64,000 nucleotides of DNA from Rhodanobacteraceae bacterium (GTDB taxonomy: Bacteria; Pseudomonadota; Gammaproteobacteria; Xanthomonadales; SZUA-5). Below the pieces are notes generated by a model that was not told the origin of the DNA, ran no database searches, and saw only the letters and a program-made list of their open reading frames with translations. Position 1 is the stretch's first letter, and each line of letters begins with the position of its first letter. A program made the translations under genes and the position numbers. The DNA is taken from positions 12,601-76,600 of the forward strand of contig JADJPR010000012.1 in NCBI GenBank assembly GCA_016713135.1, read 5' to 3'. Of the stretch, positions 40,082 through 50,271 are shown piece after piece.

Positions 40082-41038
40082 TCAATTCCACAGCGCGCGC
40101 ATCGCCGCGATGCCATGCGCGCCGGCGCTTTGCGCCTCCCCAAGATGCTCGGGCCTGACGCCGCCGAGGGCGTAGGTCGGCAGCCAGCTTGCGTGCGCCG
40201 CACGCGAGTAACGCGGCCAGCCGAGCGGCTTCACGTGCGGATGCAGCGGCGTCGGGTGCACTGGCGACAAGGTCGCCGCGTCCGCCAGCAGTGCCTCCGC
40301 CGTACGCAGTTCGCCCGGCGAGTGGCAGGACGCCAGCACCCATTTCGATTCCGGCAGTGGCCGCGCGTCGAGTTCGCGCAGCTGGCGTGACGACAGGTGC
40401 ACGCCATCGAACCCCAGCGACCGCGCCAGCTCGACCGCGCCATGGACCAGCAGGACCAGATCGGGGCGCTGCGCGCGGGCGCGCGCCAGGCAGGCCTCCG
40501 CCAGCCGCGCCAGCGCCGTGGGCGGCAGCGATTTCGCACGCAGGCTGGCAAGGCCGAGCGCGGGGTTGTCGAGGGCGCGCGCGAAGCGGTCGACAAACTC
40601 CTCGGGCCGCGCGGGATCCGGTTCCGGCGTGATCAGGTACTGCCGCGGCAGCGCCAGGCGCGCGCGGATCGGCCGGTCGGGTGCCGGCATCGGGTAGCGG
40701 ATCAGGTCTGCCGGGCGCACCCAGGCGAGCGCCTGGTGCTCCAGGGCACGCGGCTCGCCGGACCAGTCGCGCACGCAGAAGGCGTGCAGGTTCAGCGCGC
40801 GCGGCGCGCCGCGCCAACGGATGAGCGAATGCGCCTCGATGGCGCCCGCCCGGATGCCGAGTTCTTCCAGCAGCTCACGCCGCAGCGCATCCTGCGCCGC
40901 TTCGAAGCGAGCGATCTTGCCACCCGCGAATTCCCACTTGCCCGCTTCGCTGCCACCCGGCGCCCGCTGCGCGACCAGTACCCGGCCATCGACATCGCCG
41001 AGGATGCCGGCGACCACGGGGAGGGCTCGTTGCGGCAT
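40082..41038 (-). CDS. Nudix (MutT-like) hydrolase fused to a ThiE/TENI-like domain
   Basis: Nudix box GKWEFAGGKIARFEAAQDALRRELLEELGI, followed by a TMP-synthase-like barrel of about 180 aa (LVLLVHGAVELARSLGFDGVHL). Confidence 0.85.
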   Translation of the reverse strand: MPQRALPVVAGILGDVDGRVLVAQRAPGGSEAGKWEFAGGKIARFEAAQDALRRELLEELGIRAGAIEAHSLIRWRGAPRALNLHAFCVRDWSGEPRALEHQALAWVRPADLIRYPMPAPDRPIRARLALPRQYLITPEPDPARPEEFVDRFARALDNPALGLASLRAKSLPPTALARLAEACLARARAQRPDLVLLVHGAVELARSLGFDGVHLSSRQLRELDARPLPESKWVLASCHSPGELRTAEALLADAATLSPVHPTPLHPHVKPLGWPRYSRAAHASWLPTYALGGVRPEHLGEAQSAGAHGIAAMRALWN

Positions 41039-41298
41039 GGTGGGTGGCGTTCGGCGCGGGATTGAAGGGGTGACGATGGCAGTTTCAGTCGCTCAAGGCG
41101 CTGCGACGCGGCGCACGCCGGGTGGCTCCGTGGAAGATCGCGGCTGCAGTGGCTCCGATGCAAGCCCGGCGTCGAGCCAGGGCCGCGGTGCCAGATATCG
41201 ACGGGCTGCCGGGTGACGGCGGCGCCAGCGTCTGCGCGGCCAGCGGCGCGCTCAAGGCGTGGGCAACCTGATCGGCCGGCTGCTCGCGCGGATCGGAC

Positions 41299-41940
41299 TC
41301 AGGCGGGCGCCCGCAACAGCGCCGCCACCTCGGCGTCCTCGACCTGGCGGAAATCGCGGTAGAACTGGCCGACCGCCTGGAAACCTGGCGGTGCGGCAAG
41401 GCAGACGATGTCGTCCGCATGCGGCCGCACCCGCTCCAGGCTCTCGGGCGAGGCCACCGCGACGGCGCATACCAGGAGCGCAGGATGCTGCGCGCGCACC
41501 GCGTGCAGCGCGGCGAGCATGCTGGCGCCGGTGGCCAGGCCGTCGTCGACCACGATCACCACGCGCCCTTCCGCAGCAACCGGTTGGCGTGTGCCGCACC
41601 ACTGCGCGCGGCGCTCGCGCATGCGCTGCATTTCGCGCTGCACGATCGCATCGATGGTTGCCGGATCGACGGCATACGCGCCGAGCGCCGGCGACAGCCA
41701 GCGCCAGCCGCTCTCGTCGACCGCGCCGAGCGCGTACTCCGGGTTGAACGGCGCGCCGATCTTGCGCACCTGCACGATGTCGAGTTCGCCGCCAAGCGCA
41801 TCGGCGATCACCCGGCCCATCGGCACTGCGCCGCGTGGCAGCGCCAGCACCAGCGGGTGTCGCCCGCGCCATTGCGCCAGGGCCTGCGCCAGCAGCCTGG
41901 CAGCGTGCAGCCGGTCGTCGAACGGGAGTTGCACGGACAT
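41299..41940 (-). CDS. Phosphoribosyltransferase-family protein
   Basis: PRPP-binding motif VVIVVDDGLATGASM. 213 aa. Confidence 0.85.
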   Translation of the reverse strand: MSVQLPFDDRLHAARLLAQALAQWRGRHPLVLALPRGAVPMGRVIADALGGELDIVQVRKIGAPFNPEYALGAVDESGWRWLSPALGAYAVDPATIDAIVQREMQRMRERRAQWCGTRQPVAAEGRVVIVVDDGLATGASMLAALHAVRAQHPALLVCAVAVASPESLERVRPHADDIVCLAAPPGFQAVGQFYRDFRQVEDAEVAALLRAPA

Positions 41941-42055
41941 GCCCGGATCTTATCGCCGCCAACGGCGAATCCCCGTTGACCAGGGTCAACGCCACCACCC
42001 CGGCCGCGGCTCAAGCTGCGACCGATACCCGCGATGGCGCGACGGAGGACCTGCG

Positions 42056-42490
42056 ATGAAAACCTGGATTCTGGTGGCCGATACGGCCCGCGCGCGCATC
42101 TTCGAAGTCGGCGCGCAGGACGGGCAACTGTTCGAGGTGGGCGGCTATGCCAACCCCGAGGGGCACACCAAGCCGAGCGACATCGGCCGCGACCGGCCGC
42201 CGCGCGCGCACGAGAGCGTGGGCAGCACGCGGCACGCCAAGGAACCGCACACCGACCCGCACGACAAGACGGCGCAGAGGTTCGCGCGCGGGCTGGCCGA
42301 GGTGCTGGACCATGGCCGCGTCGAGCATGCGTACACGCGCCTGCTGCTGGTCGCGCCGCCGCGCTTCCTCGGCCAGCTCAACGCCGCGCTCGACCACCAT
42401 GTGGCGCGGCTGGTGGTGAAGACCATCGGCAAGGACTACAGCCGCGCCAGCGCCGCCGAGATCGGCGCGATGCTGGACGCGCACGACTGA
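42056..42490 (+). CDS. Host-attachment-protein-family protein (144 aa)
   Basis: MKTWILVADTARARIFE... and LLLVAPPRFLGQLN...KDY pattern. GGAGGA Shine-Dalgarno 7 nt upstream. The longer track ORF (41408..) would be antisense to the PRTase gene. Confidence 0.75.
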   Translation: MKTWILVADTARARIFEVGAQDGQLFEVGGYANPEGHTKPSDIGRDRPPRAHESVGSTRHAKEPHTDPHDKTAQRFARGLAEVLDHGRVEHAYTRLLLVAPPRFLGQLNAALDHHVARLVVKTIGKDYSRASAAEIGAMLDAHD

Positions 42491-42494
42491 CACA

Positions 42495-43376
42495 TCAGCC
42501 GCTCGGCGGTCGCCGTTCGCTCCAGAGCAGATACAGCCCGCCCGCCACCACGATCCCGGCGCCGGCCAGCACGATCGGTTGCGGCAGGGTGTGCCACAGC
42601 AGCCAGTCGAGGCCCAGGCCCCAGGCCAGCGCGGTGTACTCGAAGGGCGCGATCAGCGACGCCTGGCCGCGCTTGAAAGCTTCGGTCACGGCGAACTGAC
42701 CGACCGATCCGGTCACCGCGATGGCGAGCAGGGTCCAGCCGTGCGCCGATTGCACCGGCTTCCAGTCGCTGCCGGTCAGCGCGGTGGCCCCCAGCGCCAC
42801 CATCAGCATGAGCCAGAACACCATCGACACCGAACTGTCCGTGCGTCCGAGCACGCGTGCGGTGATCGCGGTGAAGGCATAGCAGGTGGTCGACACCAGG
42901 ACAGCGACGCCGCCGAGCGAGAACATCTGCGCGCCGCTCGGCCTGAGCACCACCAGCACCCCGATCAGGCCGATGGCGATCGCCCACCAGCGGTTGGCGC
43001 CGACCTTCTCGCCGAGGATCGGCGCGGCCAGCGCGGTGATCAGCAGCGGCGCGAAGAAGAAGATTGCATAGGCCTCCGACAGCGGCAGCGTACGCAGCGC
43101 GAAAGCGAAACACGCCAGCATCAGGATGCCGAGCGCGCCGCGCAGCAGGTGCAAACCCCAGCGGATGTCGAACAGCCGCGCACGCGTACCGAGCACCGCG
43201 GCCCAGACCATGATCACCGGCAGCGAGGCGTAGCCACGCAACGCCGCCACCTGGGTGGCGGGATAGTGCGGCGACAGCAGTTTCAGCGCCGCGTCCATCA
43301 TCGCGAAAGCGCCGACGGCGATCACCATCATCAGGATGCCGCGCAGGTTGTCGGCGCGCTGGGTCTCGGGGCTCAT
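42495..43376 (-). CDS. DMT-superfamily (EamA-type) transporter
   Basis: Ten hydrophobic helices in two repeated halves. 293 aa. Confidence 0.85.
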   Translation of the reverse strand: MSPETQRADNLRGILMMVIAVGAFAMMDAALKLLSPHYPATQVAALRGYASLPVIMVWAAVLGTRARLFDIRWGLHLLRGALGILMLACFAFALRTLPLSEAYAIFFFAPLLITALAAPILGEKVGANRWWAIAIGLIGVLVVLRPSGAQMFSLGGVAVLVSTTCYAFTAITARVLGRTDSSVSMVFWLMLMVALGATALTGSDWKPVQSAHGWTLLAIAVTGSVGQFAVTEAFKRGQASLIAPFEYTALAWGLGLDWLLWHTLPQPIVLAGAGIVVAGGLYLLWSERRPPSG

Positions 43377-43431
43377 CGCGATGGCACGGGGTCGGGGCCG
43401 CGCAGCATACCCTCGCGGGGTCGACCGGGCA

Positions 43432-43600
43432 GTTCAACGCGGAGACGCGGAGACGCGGAGGAACACGGAGAACAGCAGAGAGATGCTTTTCTCCACGTCT
43501 CTGTGCCCGCGTGCTGAACCTTGAACGCGAAGACGCAGAGACGCAGAGATGAGTGCCTTCTCCTGCTTCTCTCCGCGTCCTCCGCGTCTCCGCGTTGAAC
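43432..43600. repeat. Family A hairpin elements, two adjacent copies
   Basis: The copy at 43432-43519 reads gttcaacgcggagacgcggagacgcggagg...gtgctgaac. The copy at 43521-43600 reads ttgaacgcgaagacgcagagacgcagag...ctccgcgtcctccgcgtctccgcgttgaac. Confidence 0.88.
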
Positions 43601-43613
43601 CGGTTTCGGCGCC

Positions 43614-44348
43614 CTAGGCGAACCCGGCGACGACGCTGCAGAAGCGCGCACCGGCGGCGCTGCGCCCGGGGGCATAGTCGTAATCGACACGCAGCACCGG
43701 CCCGAGGTGGGTGCGCACCTGCGCCACCAGCCGCTCCGGGGTGTGCGGGCGGACGACCTCGCGGGTGACCAGCGTGCGCCCGCCGAAAGCGCCGCGCATG
43801 CGATAGCGCCGCTCGATTCGGTGACAGCCGTCGGCCAGCCGCATGACCCGCTTGTGCCGCACCAGCCATTGGTCGTTCACGCGCCGCGCATAGTCGCGCA
43901 GCCAGCCGCTGCCGGCGAGGCGCGGCTGCGGGATGAAGGCGTCGACGACGACGCACGCGCCCTGCCGCAAGGTGGCGCGCAGGCCGGTTGCCAGCGCCGA
44001 CCAGTCATCCTCGTCCAGCAGATAGGTCGCCAGCGAATACGGCAGCAGCGCCAGCGCGAACTCACCCCGCAGCGCGAGCCGGCGGATGTCCATCCGCAGC
44101 AGCGACGCCGCCGGCCCGCAGCGCAGCCGCGCCTGTTGCAGCATCGCGCCGGAACGATCCACGCCCACCGCGTCCACCCCGGCCGCCAGCAGCGCCGCGA
44201 GCACGCGCCCGGTGCCACAGCCGAGTTCCAGCACCGGCCCGTCTGCGGCGCGTGCCAGCGCGCGGTACCAGCCGATGTCGTCGAAGGCCATGCTCGCGCC
44301 CATGTCGGCGTCGTAGATCGACGCGATGGCGTCGTACGCGGCGCTCAT
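43614..44348 (-). CDS. Class I SAM-dependent methyltransferase (244 aa)
   Basis: Motif I VLELGCGTGRV. The start ATG overlaps the upstream stop (ATGA, 44345-44348). Confidence 0.85.
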   Translation of the reverse strand: MSAAYDAIASIYDADMGASMAFDDIGWYRALARAADGPVLELGCGTGRVLAALLAAGVDAVGVDRSGAMLQQARLRCGPAASLLRMDIRRLALRGEFALALLPYSLATYLLDEDDWSALATGLRATLRQGACVVVDAFIPQPRLAGSGWLRDYARRVNDQWLVRHKRVMRLADGCHRIERRYRMRGAFGGRTLVTREVVRPHTPERLVAQVRTHLGPVLRVDYDYAPGRSAAGARFCSVVAGFA

Positions 44349-46363
44349 CGGCGCCGCGCCAAGCGGGTCAGCAGGTCCACCCATGGTTGCACGCGCAGGG
44401 TCCACGACCACGGCGCGATGGCCGCGCGCGCCTGCGCCTCGGCGCGATGGCGTCGGTCTGGGTCGGACAAAAGCGCGAGGATTGCATCGGACATGCCCGC
44501 GACATCGGCGACGCGCACGAGCCCCGACGTATCCAGCGCCTCGAAGCCGCGCGCGCCGCTGCGGGTGCTGACCACCGTGCGGCCGTGCGCCAGCGCCTCG
44601 GCAAGTTTCAGTGCGGAGCCCTCGATCTCGCCCTGCGGATTCAGCGCCAGCACCGCGGCGGCGTACTCCGGGGCCGGGTCGACATGGCCATCGACCAGTT
44701 CCACGCCCGCAGGTAGCGGCGCCGAGCCCCAGCGCGAGGCGCCGCCGTCCCCGGCCAGCACGCGCACCCGCAGCGACGGGTCGTGCGCACGCAGCGCCGG
44801 CCACGCCAGCGCCAGGAAGTCGCGCAGACCGTCGAGGTTCGGCCGGTAGCGCAGCGGCGCGACCAGCAGCAAGGGGCCGTCCTGCGGCGATGGCGCCGCG
44901 GCCGCGTCGGGCACGCGCACGCCGTTCTCGACGAGGATTTCGTGCGGATGCTGCCAGTAGCCCAGGTCCACCGCGGTGGTCAGCACCAGCGCGACGACAT
45001 GGGTCAGCGCGGCGCCGACGCGCGCCTGCGCGGCGGGTGGCAGCGCGCGCCCGGCATCGTGCAGCGTCCACACCACCGGGACATCGCAGGCGAGGCCCTC
45101 GATCAAGCCGACGCACTCGACGTGCTCGAAGCACACCACATCCGGCCGCGCCGCCGCAATCAGGCGCTTCAGCTCCGCCCGCAGGCGCGGGTGCGCGTGC
45201 GCATCCCAGCGCGCGAGCACCTCATCGCCGACGTCGGGCCGTCCGCCGACCGGGTGGATCGCGCGGAAACACGGGTCGTCGGCGGTCGCCGCCTGCGGCT
45301 GCGCGCTGGCCTCGTCGTGCAGCAGGATCCAGTCGATGGCATCGGCGCTGGCGCGCGCCAGTTCGACGATCCGCCGCGCACCGCCATGGCTGGGCGGCAG
45401 CACCGCGAACGGCGACACCAGCAGCACGCGCGGGCGCCCGGTGCGCCAGCGCTGCGGGTGCGGATGGCGCTGGTGGTGCAGGTGATCGAGGCAGGCGGCC
45501 GCCGCGCTGGCGCGCAGCCGCTGGCGCGCGGCCCGATGTTCGCGATCCAGCGCCCGCCAGAGCGCGCCGAGGCGATCGAGCTTGCCACCGTGCCAGCGCG
45601 GCGCGCCAAACAGATCGCCATAGCGCCAGCGCAGGTGCGCCAGGTTGCGCTGCACCACCCGCTCGACGGTGCGCGGCGCCACATAGCGGCCGATGGTCGC
45701 CCGATGCGCATGCAGCGCACGCGAGGCCGGGCAGTACAGCACGCTCAGGCCCTCGGCCCAGGCCTGCAAGCCCCAGTCGGCGTCCTCGAAATAGAACGGC
45801 GCATAGGCGCGGCTGCGCGCCAGGTAGCGCTTGAGCGGCGCGGCCTGGAACAGCGAGGAGCCGCCGCCGGCGTAAAGGTGTCCGCGCGCCTGCAGGTCGA
45901 TCGGTTCGCGGTCGTGCAGTTCCAGCTGGCCGTCGGGCGCGCGCGCCGGCACGGTCCAGCCGGTTTCCTCACGCCGCCGGCTGCGGTCGACAAACTCGAT
46001 CTGGCTGGCGATCGCGAACACGTCCGCGGCGCGCCAGGGCAGCAATTCGGCCAGCGCATCGGGTGCCAGGCGCATGTCGCTGTTGAGCAGGTACAGCCAG
46101 GGCTCGGCGCTGGCAGCAACCAGCCGTTCGATCGCGCCGTGGTAGCCGAGCGCGCGCGGATGGAACTGCCACTCCACGTCGGCGTGCCCGGCCTGCAGCT
46201 CGCAGTAGTCGGCGGCCGACGCGCCGTTGACCAGCACGCGCACGCGGTGCGGAGTGTCGATGCGCTCGCGCGCGGCGCGCAGCGCGGCCAGTGTGAGCGC
46301 CAGCTCGTCGGGCCGCCCGCGCTCCGGGATCAGCACCGCGAAGGGCGCGTCCGCGCTCACCAC
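44345..46363 (-). CDS. Fused glycosyltransferase: GT2-like N-half plus GT4-like C-half (672 aa)
   Basis: GTG start overlaps the radical-SAM stop. N-half motifs FAVLIPERGRPDEL...LYLLNSDMRL...FEDADWG. C-half motif VLLVSPFAVLPPSHGGARRI...EGSALKLAEALAHGRTVVST (EX7E-type). Confidence 0.8.
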   Translation of the reverse strand: MVSADAPFAVLIPERGRPDELALTLAALRAARERIDTPHRVRVLVNGASAADYCELQAGHADVEWQFHPRALGYHGAIERLVAASAEPWLYLLNSDMRLAPDALAELLPWRAADVFAIASQIEFVDRSRRREETGWTVPARAPDGQLELHDREPIDLQARGHLYAGGGSSLFQAAPLKRYLARSRAYAPFYFEDADWGLQAWAEGLSVLYCPASRALHAHRATIGRYVAPRTVERVVQRNLAHLRWRYGDLFGAPRWHGGKLDRLGALWRALDREHRAARQRLRASAAAACLDHLHHQRHPHPQRWRTGRPRVLLVSPFAVLPPSHGGARRIVELARASADAIDWILLHDEASAQPQAATADDPCFRAIHPVGGRPDVGDEVLARWDAHAHPRLRAELKRLIAAARPDVVCFEHVECVGLIEGLACDVPVVWTLHDAGRALPPAAQARVGAALTHVVALVLTTAVDLGYWQHPHEILVENGVRVPDAAAAPSPQDGPLLLVAPLRYRPNLDGLRDFLALAWPALRAHDPSLRVRVLAGDGGASRWGSAPLPAGVELVDGHVDPAPEYAAAVLALNPQGEIEGSALKLAEALAHGRTVVSTRSGARGFEALDTSGLVRVADVAGMSDAILALLSDPDRRHRAEAQARAAIAPWSWTLRVQPWVDLLTRLARRR

Positions 46364-47778
46364 ACCAGCTCCGCGGCGATCAGCGCGAAGCCGAGCTCGC
46401 GCACATCGCTGCCGGCGCCGAGTGCCTGCGGACTGCGCGCGCCGGGACAATCGATCTCGACCACGATCTGGTCGCCGCGGGCGGCCGGCAGGGGCAGGCG
46501 CAAATCGATGCTCTCCGGCCCGGCGACGGCCTGCTGGTGCAGCGTGTGCCCATCCACGCGAACTCTGAAAGTGGCCGAAGGCGGCGCGTGCGCGAGCAGT
46601 CCGCGCAGGCGCAGGTGGCGGCGGAAACGCGGTCGCGGCAGCACCAGCGCGGCGCCGCTGCCGCACCAGCGCGCGCCGCTGCCGTCGTCCGCATGCCAGC
46701 CGCGCAGCAGTTGTGCCGCCGGCGGGCGCGCGCCCTCGATGCGGGGCTGCGGGCGGATCGGGCGGTAGGCGGTCTTGTAGACGCAATCGCGGCAGGCCGC
46801 GGCCAGTCCGGCCAGGTGCGCCGCGCGAAAGTCGCGATAGGCCTTGCCATGCCAGATCTCGCGCAGGCTGGCGTGCTTCAGATCGCCCAGCGCGGTCTTC
46901 TCGGTGACCTCGCAGGCGACCACCCGGCCGTCGGCGAGGACGTGCACGCTGTCGAAGGGACTCTGGTCGCAATCGCCGATGCGCGCGCCGGGCGGCAATG
47001 GCCACGGCCAGGGTTGCGGGTGTGCCGCCAGCGACACGTCCGGCTGCAGTTCGAAGGAGGACAGCTGGATCGCCAGCTCCGGCGCCGCCGCGCGCGCGGC
47101 GGCGACCGCGCGCGCCAGGCGTGCGCTGAAGCCGGGATCGAGCTGGCCATCGGCGGTGTGCTCGCTGGCCGGTCCCAGCGGCAGAGGATCGCGCCCGATC
47201 AAGGGGTGCACCGCCAGCACCGGGATCGCGTGCGCCGCGGCGAAGGTGGCGACCGCGGGCAGCTCGTCGAGGTTGCGATCCATCGCGACGAAGGCCAGGT
47301 CCAGTGCGAACGGCCACGGCGCACGCTGGCGCCAGTCCAGTAGCTGGCGGATGCGTGCGTGCATCGCTTCCAGCGAGCCGAAGCGGTAGATCGCCTCGAA
47401 GCGCGCGGCGTCCAGGGTGTGCAGCGACACCGTCAGGCGCCCGAGGCCCGCCTCCAGAGCCGCCTGCAGCCGGTCGGGTTTGAGCGAGGCCAGCGCGCTC
47501 ACCAGTTCAACCTCGGCGCCGGTGCCGGCGGCGAGCGCAACGGCCTCGGCCAGCCGCGGATAGTGGCCGGACTCGCCGGCGTAGTTCAGGCGCCGCATGC
47601 GCGGCAGGTCGAGCTCGCCGATCACGCGCCGGTACAGCTCGAAATCCAGATGCTCGCCGGCACCGCGCAGGCTCGCGCGGGTGCAGAACACGCAGTCGAA
47701 GGGACAGCGCGAGGTCAGTTCGATCCACAGCACGCGTGGCATCGCGAGCGTGCGCGCGGCGAGCAGGGCGTCGCTCAT
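46357..47778 (-). CDS. Radical SAM protein with a C-terminal auxiliary-cluster (twitch/SPASM-like) region and an extra ~110-aa tail
   Basis: CPFDCVFC (CX3CX2C). CDQSPFDSVHVLADGRVVAC (CX13GX4C). SLREIW...CRDC. The start ATG overlaps the upstream stop (ATGA, 47775-47778). Confidence 0.85.
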   Translation of the reverse strand: MSDALLAARTLAMPRVLWIELTSRCPFDCVFCTRASLRGAGEHLDFELYRRVIGELDLPRMRRLNYAGESGHYPRLAEAVALAAGTGAEVELVSALASLKPDRLQAALEAGLGRLTVSLHTLDAARFEAIYRFGSLEAMHARIRQLLDWRQRAPWPFALDLAFVAMDRNLDELPAVATFAAAHAIPVLAVHPLIGRDPLPLGPASEHTADGQLDPGFSARLARAVAAARAAAPELAIQLSSFELQPDVSLAAHPQPWPWPLPPGARIGDCDQSPFDSVHVLADGRVVACEVTEKTALGDLKHASLREIWHGKAYRDFRAAHLAGLAAACRDCVYKTAYRPIRPQPRIEGARPPAAQLLRGWHADDGSGARWCGSGAALVLPRPRFRRHLRLRGLLAHAPPSATFRVRVDGHTLHQQAVAGPESIDLRLPLPAARGDQIVVEIDCPGARSPQALGAGSDVRELGFALIAAELVW

Positions 47779-48749
47779 ACCAGGTCCTCCGCGGCCAGCG
47801 CCTCGCCGCACCACAGGCTGAGCGCCTGCTCGGCAAACAACGCCGCCCAGGTCGGGCGGGCATCGGCAAAGGGCACGAAGGGCAGGCGGCCGCGCACGTC
47901 CACCCGCGCCGCCAGCTCGGCGGCCAGATTCACCCAGTCGGCTTTACGCGGGAAACCCAGCAGCAGCGCGGCACGCAGTGCCTGCGCCAGCACATCGCTG
48001 CGGCGGGCGCCGCCGTCCACCGATTCGCAAAGCCGCGCGACGCCGCCGTGCGCCCTGAGCAGGGCGTCCAGCGCCTGCCGCGCGGGCTCGCGCTGGCCGA
48101 GCAGCAGCAGGCCCTCGATGGCATAGAGCTGCGGGTGCGCCTCGCGATGCGGCTGCGCCAGGGTCTGCGCGGCCAGCTGCGGCACTGCCGCGGCGGCCGC
48201 TTGCGCCACCCCACCGGTCCCGTGGCGCAAGTGCGCACAGGCCTTGAGCAGGAAGGGCCCGAGTTGCCCGGACCAGCGCGGCGGCAGCGCGCCGCGGCCG
48301 GCGATCAGGCGACCGTCCTCGAGGTAGCGCCCGAGCGCCTCCCAGACGGAATCGGCGAGTGCCAGCGCGCGCTGCGATTGGCGCGCCAGGCCGAAGCGGC
48401 GCAGCCCCAGCCACAGCATCGCGTGATCGTAGAGGTAGTCGGCGCTGGCGTAGGCTGGATCGCTCGCCGCGGCGCCGACGCGGGTGGGCCAGGCGCCGCC
48501 GCCCAGGCGCGCGCCAGCGAGCCAGTCCAGCACCGAATCGGCGTGTCCGGCAGCGACGTCCGCCCGCGCGCTCGCCCACTGCAGCCAGTAGCCGGCGATC
48601 TCGGGATAGGCGTACAGGGCGCTGCCATCGGCCGCGTGCGCGCCGACCACACCGCGCGGCCAGGCCGCTCCGCCGCGCGCGCCCAGCTCCGCGCGCAGCC
48701 GAGCCAGCGCGTCCTCGACAGCGCTGCCGCGCGCCGCGACCGCGTTCAC
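47775..48749 (-). CDS. Hypothetical protein (324 aa), helix-rich, possibly an alpha/alpha toroid
   Basis: GTG start overlaps the epimerase stop (GTGA, 48746-48749). Good GC3 bias. Recurrent aromatic-Leu helix patterns (YPEIAGYWLQW, YLYDHAMLWLGL, QLYAIEGLLLLG). No motif I can name. Confidence 0.6.
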   Translation of the reverse strand: MNAVAARGSAVEDALARLRAELGARGGAAWPRGVVGAHAADGSALYAYPEIAGYWLQWASARADVAAGHADSVLDWLAGARLGGGAWPTRVGAAASDPAYASADYLYDHAMLWLGLRRFGLARQSQRALALADSVWEALGRYLEDGRLIAGRGALPPRWSGQLGPFLLKACAHLRHGTGGVAQAAAAAVPQLAAQTLAQPHREAHPQLYAIEGLLLLGQREPARQALDALLRAHGGVARLCESVDGGARRSDVLAQALRAALLLGFPRKADWVNLAAELAARVDVRGRLPFVPFADARPTWAALFAEQALSLWCGEALAAEDLV

Positions 48750-49921
48750 GCGCGTGCCCCCAGCCGTGCTTGCTGCTGCAGCGCAAGCCAGCGCGCGATG
48801 GCCTCGGCCGCGCGCAGGCCGGCGTGGCCATCGCCGTAGGGGCTGTCGGCGGCCAGCGGCCACGCCGGCGGCCAATGCGCGACGCCGAGCGCGCGCTCGA
48901 TCTGCGCATCGAGCTCGCCTGCGGCGAGCGGTTCGATCTGGCGCGCATGGCCGCTCTCGAGCGCTTCCATGCGTTCGCTGCGACGGCGGTAGACCAGCAG
49001 CGGCACGCCCAGGTAAGGCAGTTCCTCGGCGGCGCCGCCGGAATCGCTGAGTACCCCGCGTGCATTGCGCGCCAGCGCCAGCCAGCGGCTGCGCTCCAGC
49101 GCGGGCAGGCGCGCGATGCCGCTGTCCTCGCCCAGAGCCAGCGACCAGCGCCGCTGCCACCACGCGTTGGGATGCGCCGCCATGCCGATGCGCCAGCCGC
49201 CGCGCGCCAGCGCCCGCAGGCCCAACGCCAGGCGGTCGAGCGCGCGGCCGGCGTTCTCGCGCCGGTGCACGTCGACCAGCAGGTCGCAGCGCGGCAGGGT
49301 GCTCGCCAGCGCCGGCTGGCGCAGGCCATCCACCGCAGTGCTGCCGATCTGTTCGATGGATTGGGCCGGGACGCCCTCGGCGAGCAGCTGCGCCGCCGCG
49401 CGCGCGCTCGGCGCCAGGTGCAGGTCGGCGATGCGCGCGATCGCCCGGCGGTAGGGTTCCTCCGGAAACGGCGAGCGCAGGTCGCCGCTGCGCAGCCCGG
49501 CCTCCAGGTGCACCAGCGGCAGGCCGGCCGCGCGCGCTGCCTGGGCGCCGGCGTGCGCGCTGGCGGTGTCGCCCTGGACCACCACAGCGCGGGGCCGGCA
49601 GCGATGCAGGAACACGGCCAGCGCCATCTGCAGCGCGCGGTCGAGTTCGCCTCGACGCAGCGGATGCGCCGGCGGCGGCAGCCGCTGCCACGGCCAGTGC
49701 GCGGCGTCGGCGGGCACCTCGGGCTGCTGTCCGGTCCAGCACCAGCGCAAGCTGCCGCGCCAGGCCTGCGCCAACGGCGCCAGCTTCAGTGCTTCCGGCC
49801 GGGTGCCGGCGATCAACAGCAAGTCGCAGGGCGGAGCGATCGACACGGCGGGCGACGCACAGGGAGGAGGAATCGTCGACACTGCGTGAAAGCCCGAGTT
49901 CCGGCCCGTGTCCAAGGTCAC
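48746..49921 (-). CDS. UDP-N-acetylglucosamine 2-epimerase-like protein
   Basis: LLLIAGTRPEALKLAPL, VVVQGDTASA, HLEAGLRSGD...PFPEE. The start is uncertain (GTG at 49921 or 49846). Confidence 0.78.
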   Translation of the reverse strand: MTLDTGRNSGFHAVSTIPPPCASPAVSIAPPCDLLLIAGTRPEALKLAPLAQAWRGSLRWCWTGQQPEVPADAAHWPWQRLPPPAHPLRRGELDRALQMALAVFLHRCRPRAVVVQGDTASAHAGAQAARAAGLPLVHLEAGLRSGDLRSPFPEEPYRRAIARIADLHLAPSARAAAQLLAEGVPAQSIEQIGSTAVDGLRQPALASTLPRCDLLVDVHRRENAGRALDRLALGLRALARGGWRIGMAAHPNAWWQRRWSLALGEDSGIARLPALERSRWLALARNARGVLSDSGGAAEELPYLGVPLLVYRRRSERMEALESGHARQIEPLAAGELDAQIERALGVAHWPPAWPLAADSPYGDGHAGLRAAEAIARWLALQQQARLGARA

Positions 49922-49937
49922 GGGGCAGAAGGGCCGT

Positions 49938-50198
49938 TCAGGCGGTCGGATCGGGCAGCGGAACCCGTTCGGCCGGCGGGAACTGCACGTGGTAGCCGAT
50001 GCCGGCGATGTTCTCCAGCACCCGCCGCGCGTCTTCCCGCGCGAGCCTGCGCTCAGGCGTCAACTCGAAACGCAGCGCTTCGCTCAAGGGACCGAGCGCC
50101 TGCTGCAGCGGCGGCGGCAGCTTCGCCAGCGCCGCGGCATCCGCCACGTAGACATAGGTGTCCGGGCGGCGCGAGCTGCGGTAAACGATGCAGTGCAT
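49938..50198 (-). CDS. YcgL-domain protein (86 aa)
   Basis: MHCIVYRSSRRPDTYVYV...GYHVQFPP matches the YcgL pattern. It is in frame within ORF 49938..50627. Confidence 0.75.
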   Translation of the reverse strand: MHCIVYRSSRRPDTYVYVADAAALAKLPPPLQQALGPLSEALRFELTPERRLAREDARRVLENIAGIGYHVQFPPAERVPLPDPTA

Positions 50199-50271
50199 GG
50201 GGTCGGGGCCTGGCAGCGGATCCCCGATTATCGCCCGGCCCCGCTGCTCGCGGGACCGGGCTATGTGGGGC

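Noticed and set aside
41408-42055. The long 5' extension of the host-attachment-family ORF (the 360-aa version).
   Set aside because: The extension is antisense to the well-supported phosphoribosyltransferase gene and is low-complexity. A GGAGGA Shine-Dalgarno and the family-typical MKTWILVAD start occur at 42056.
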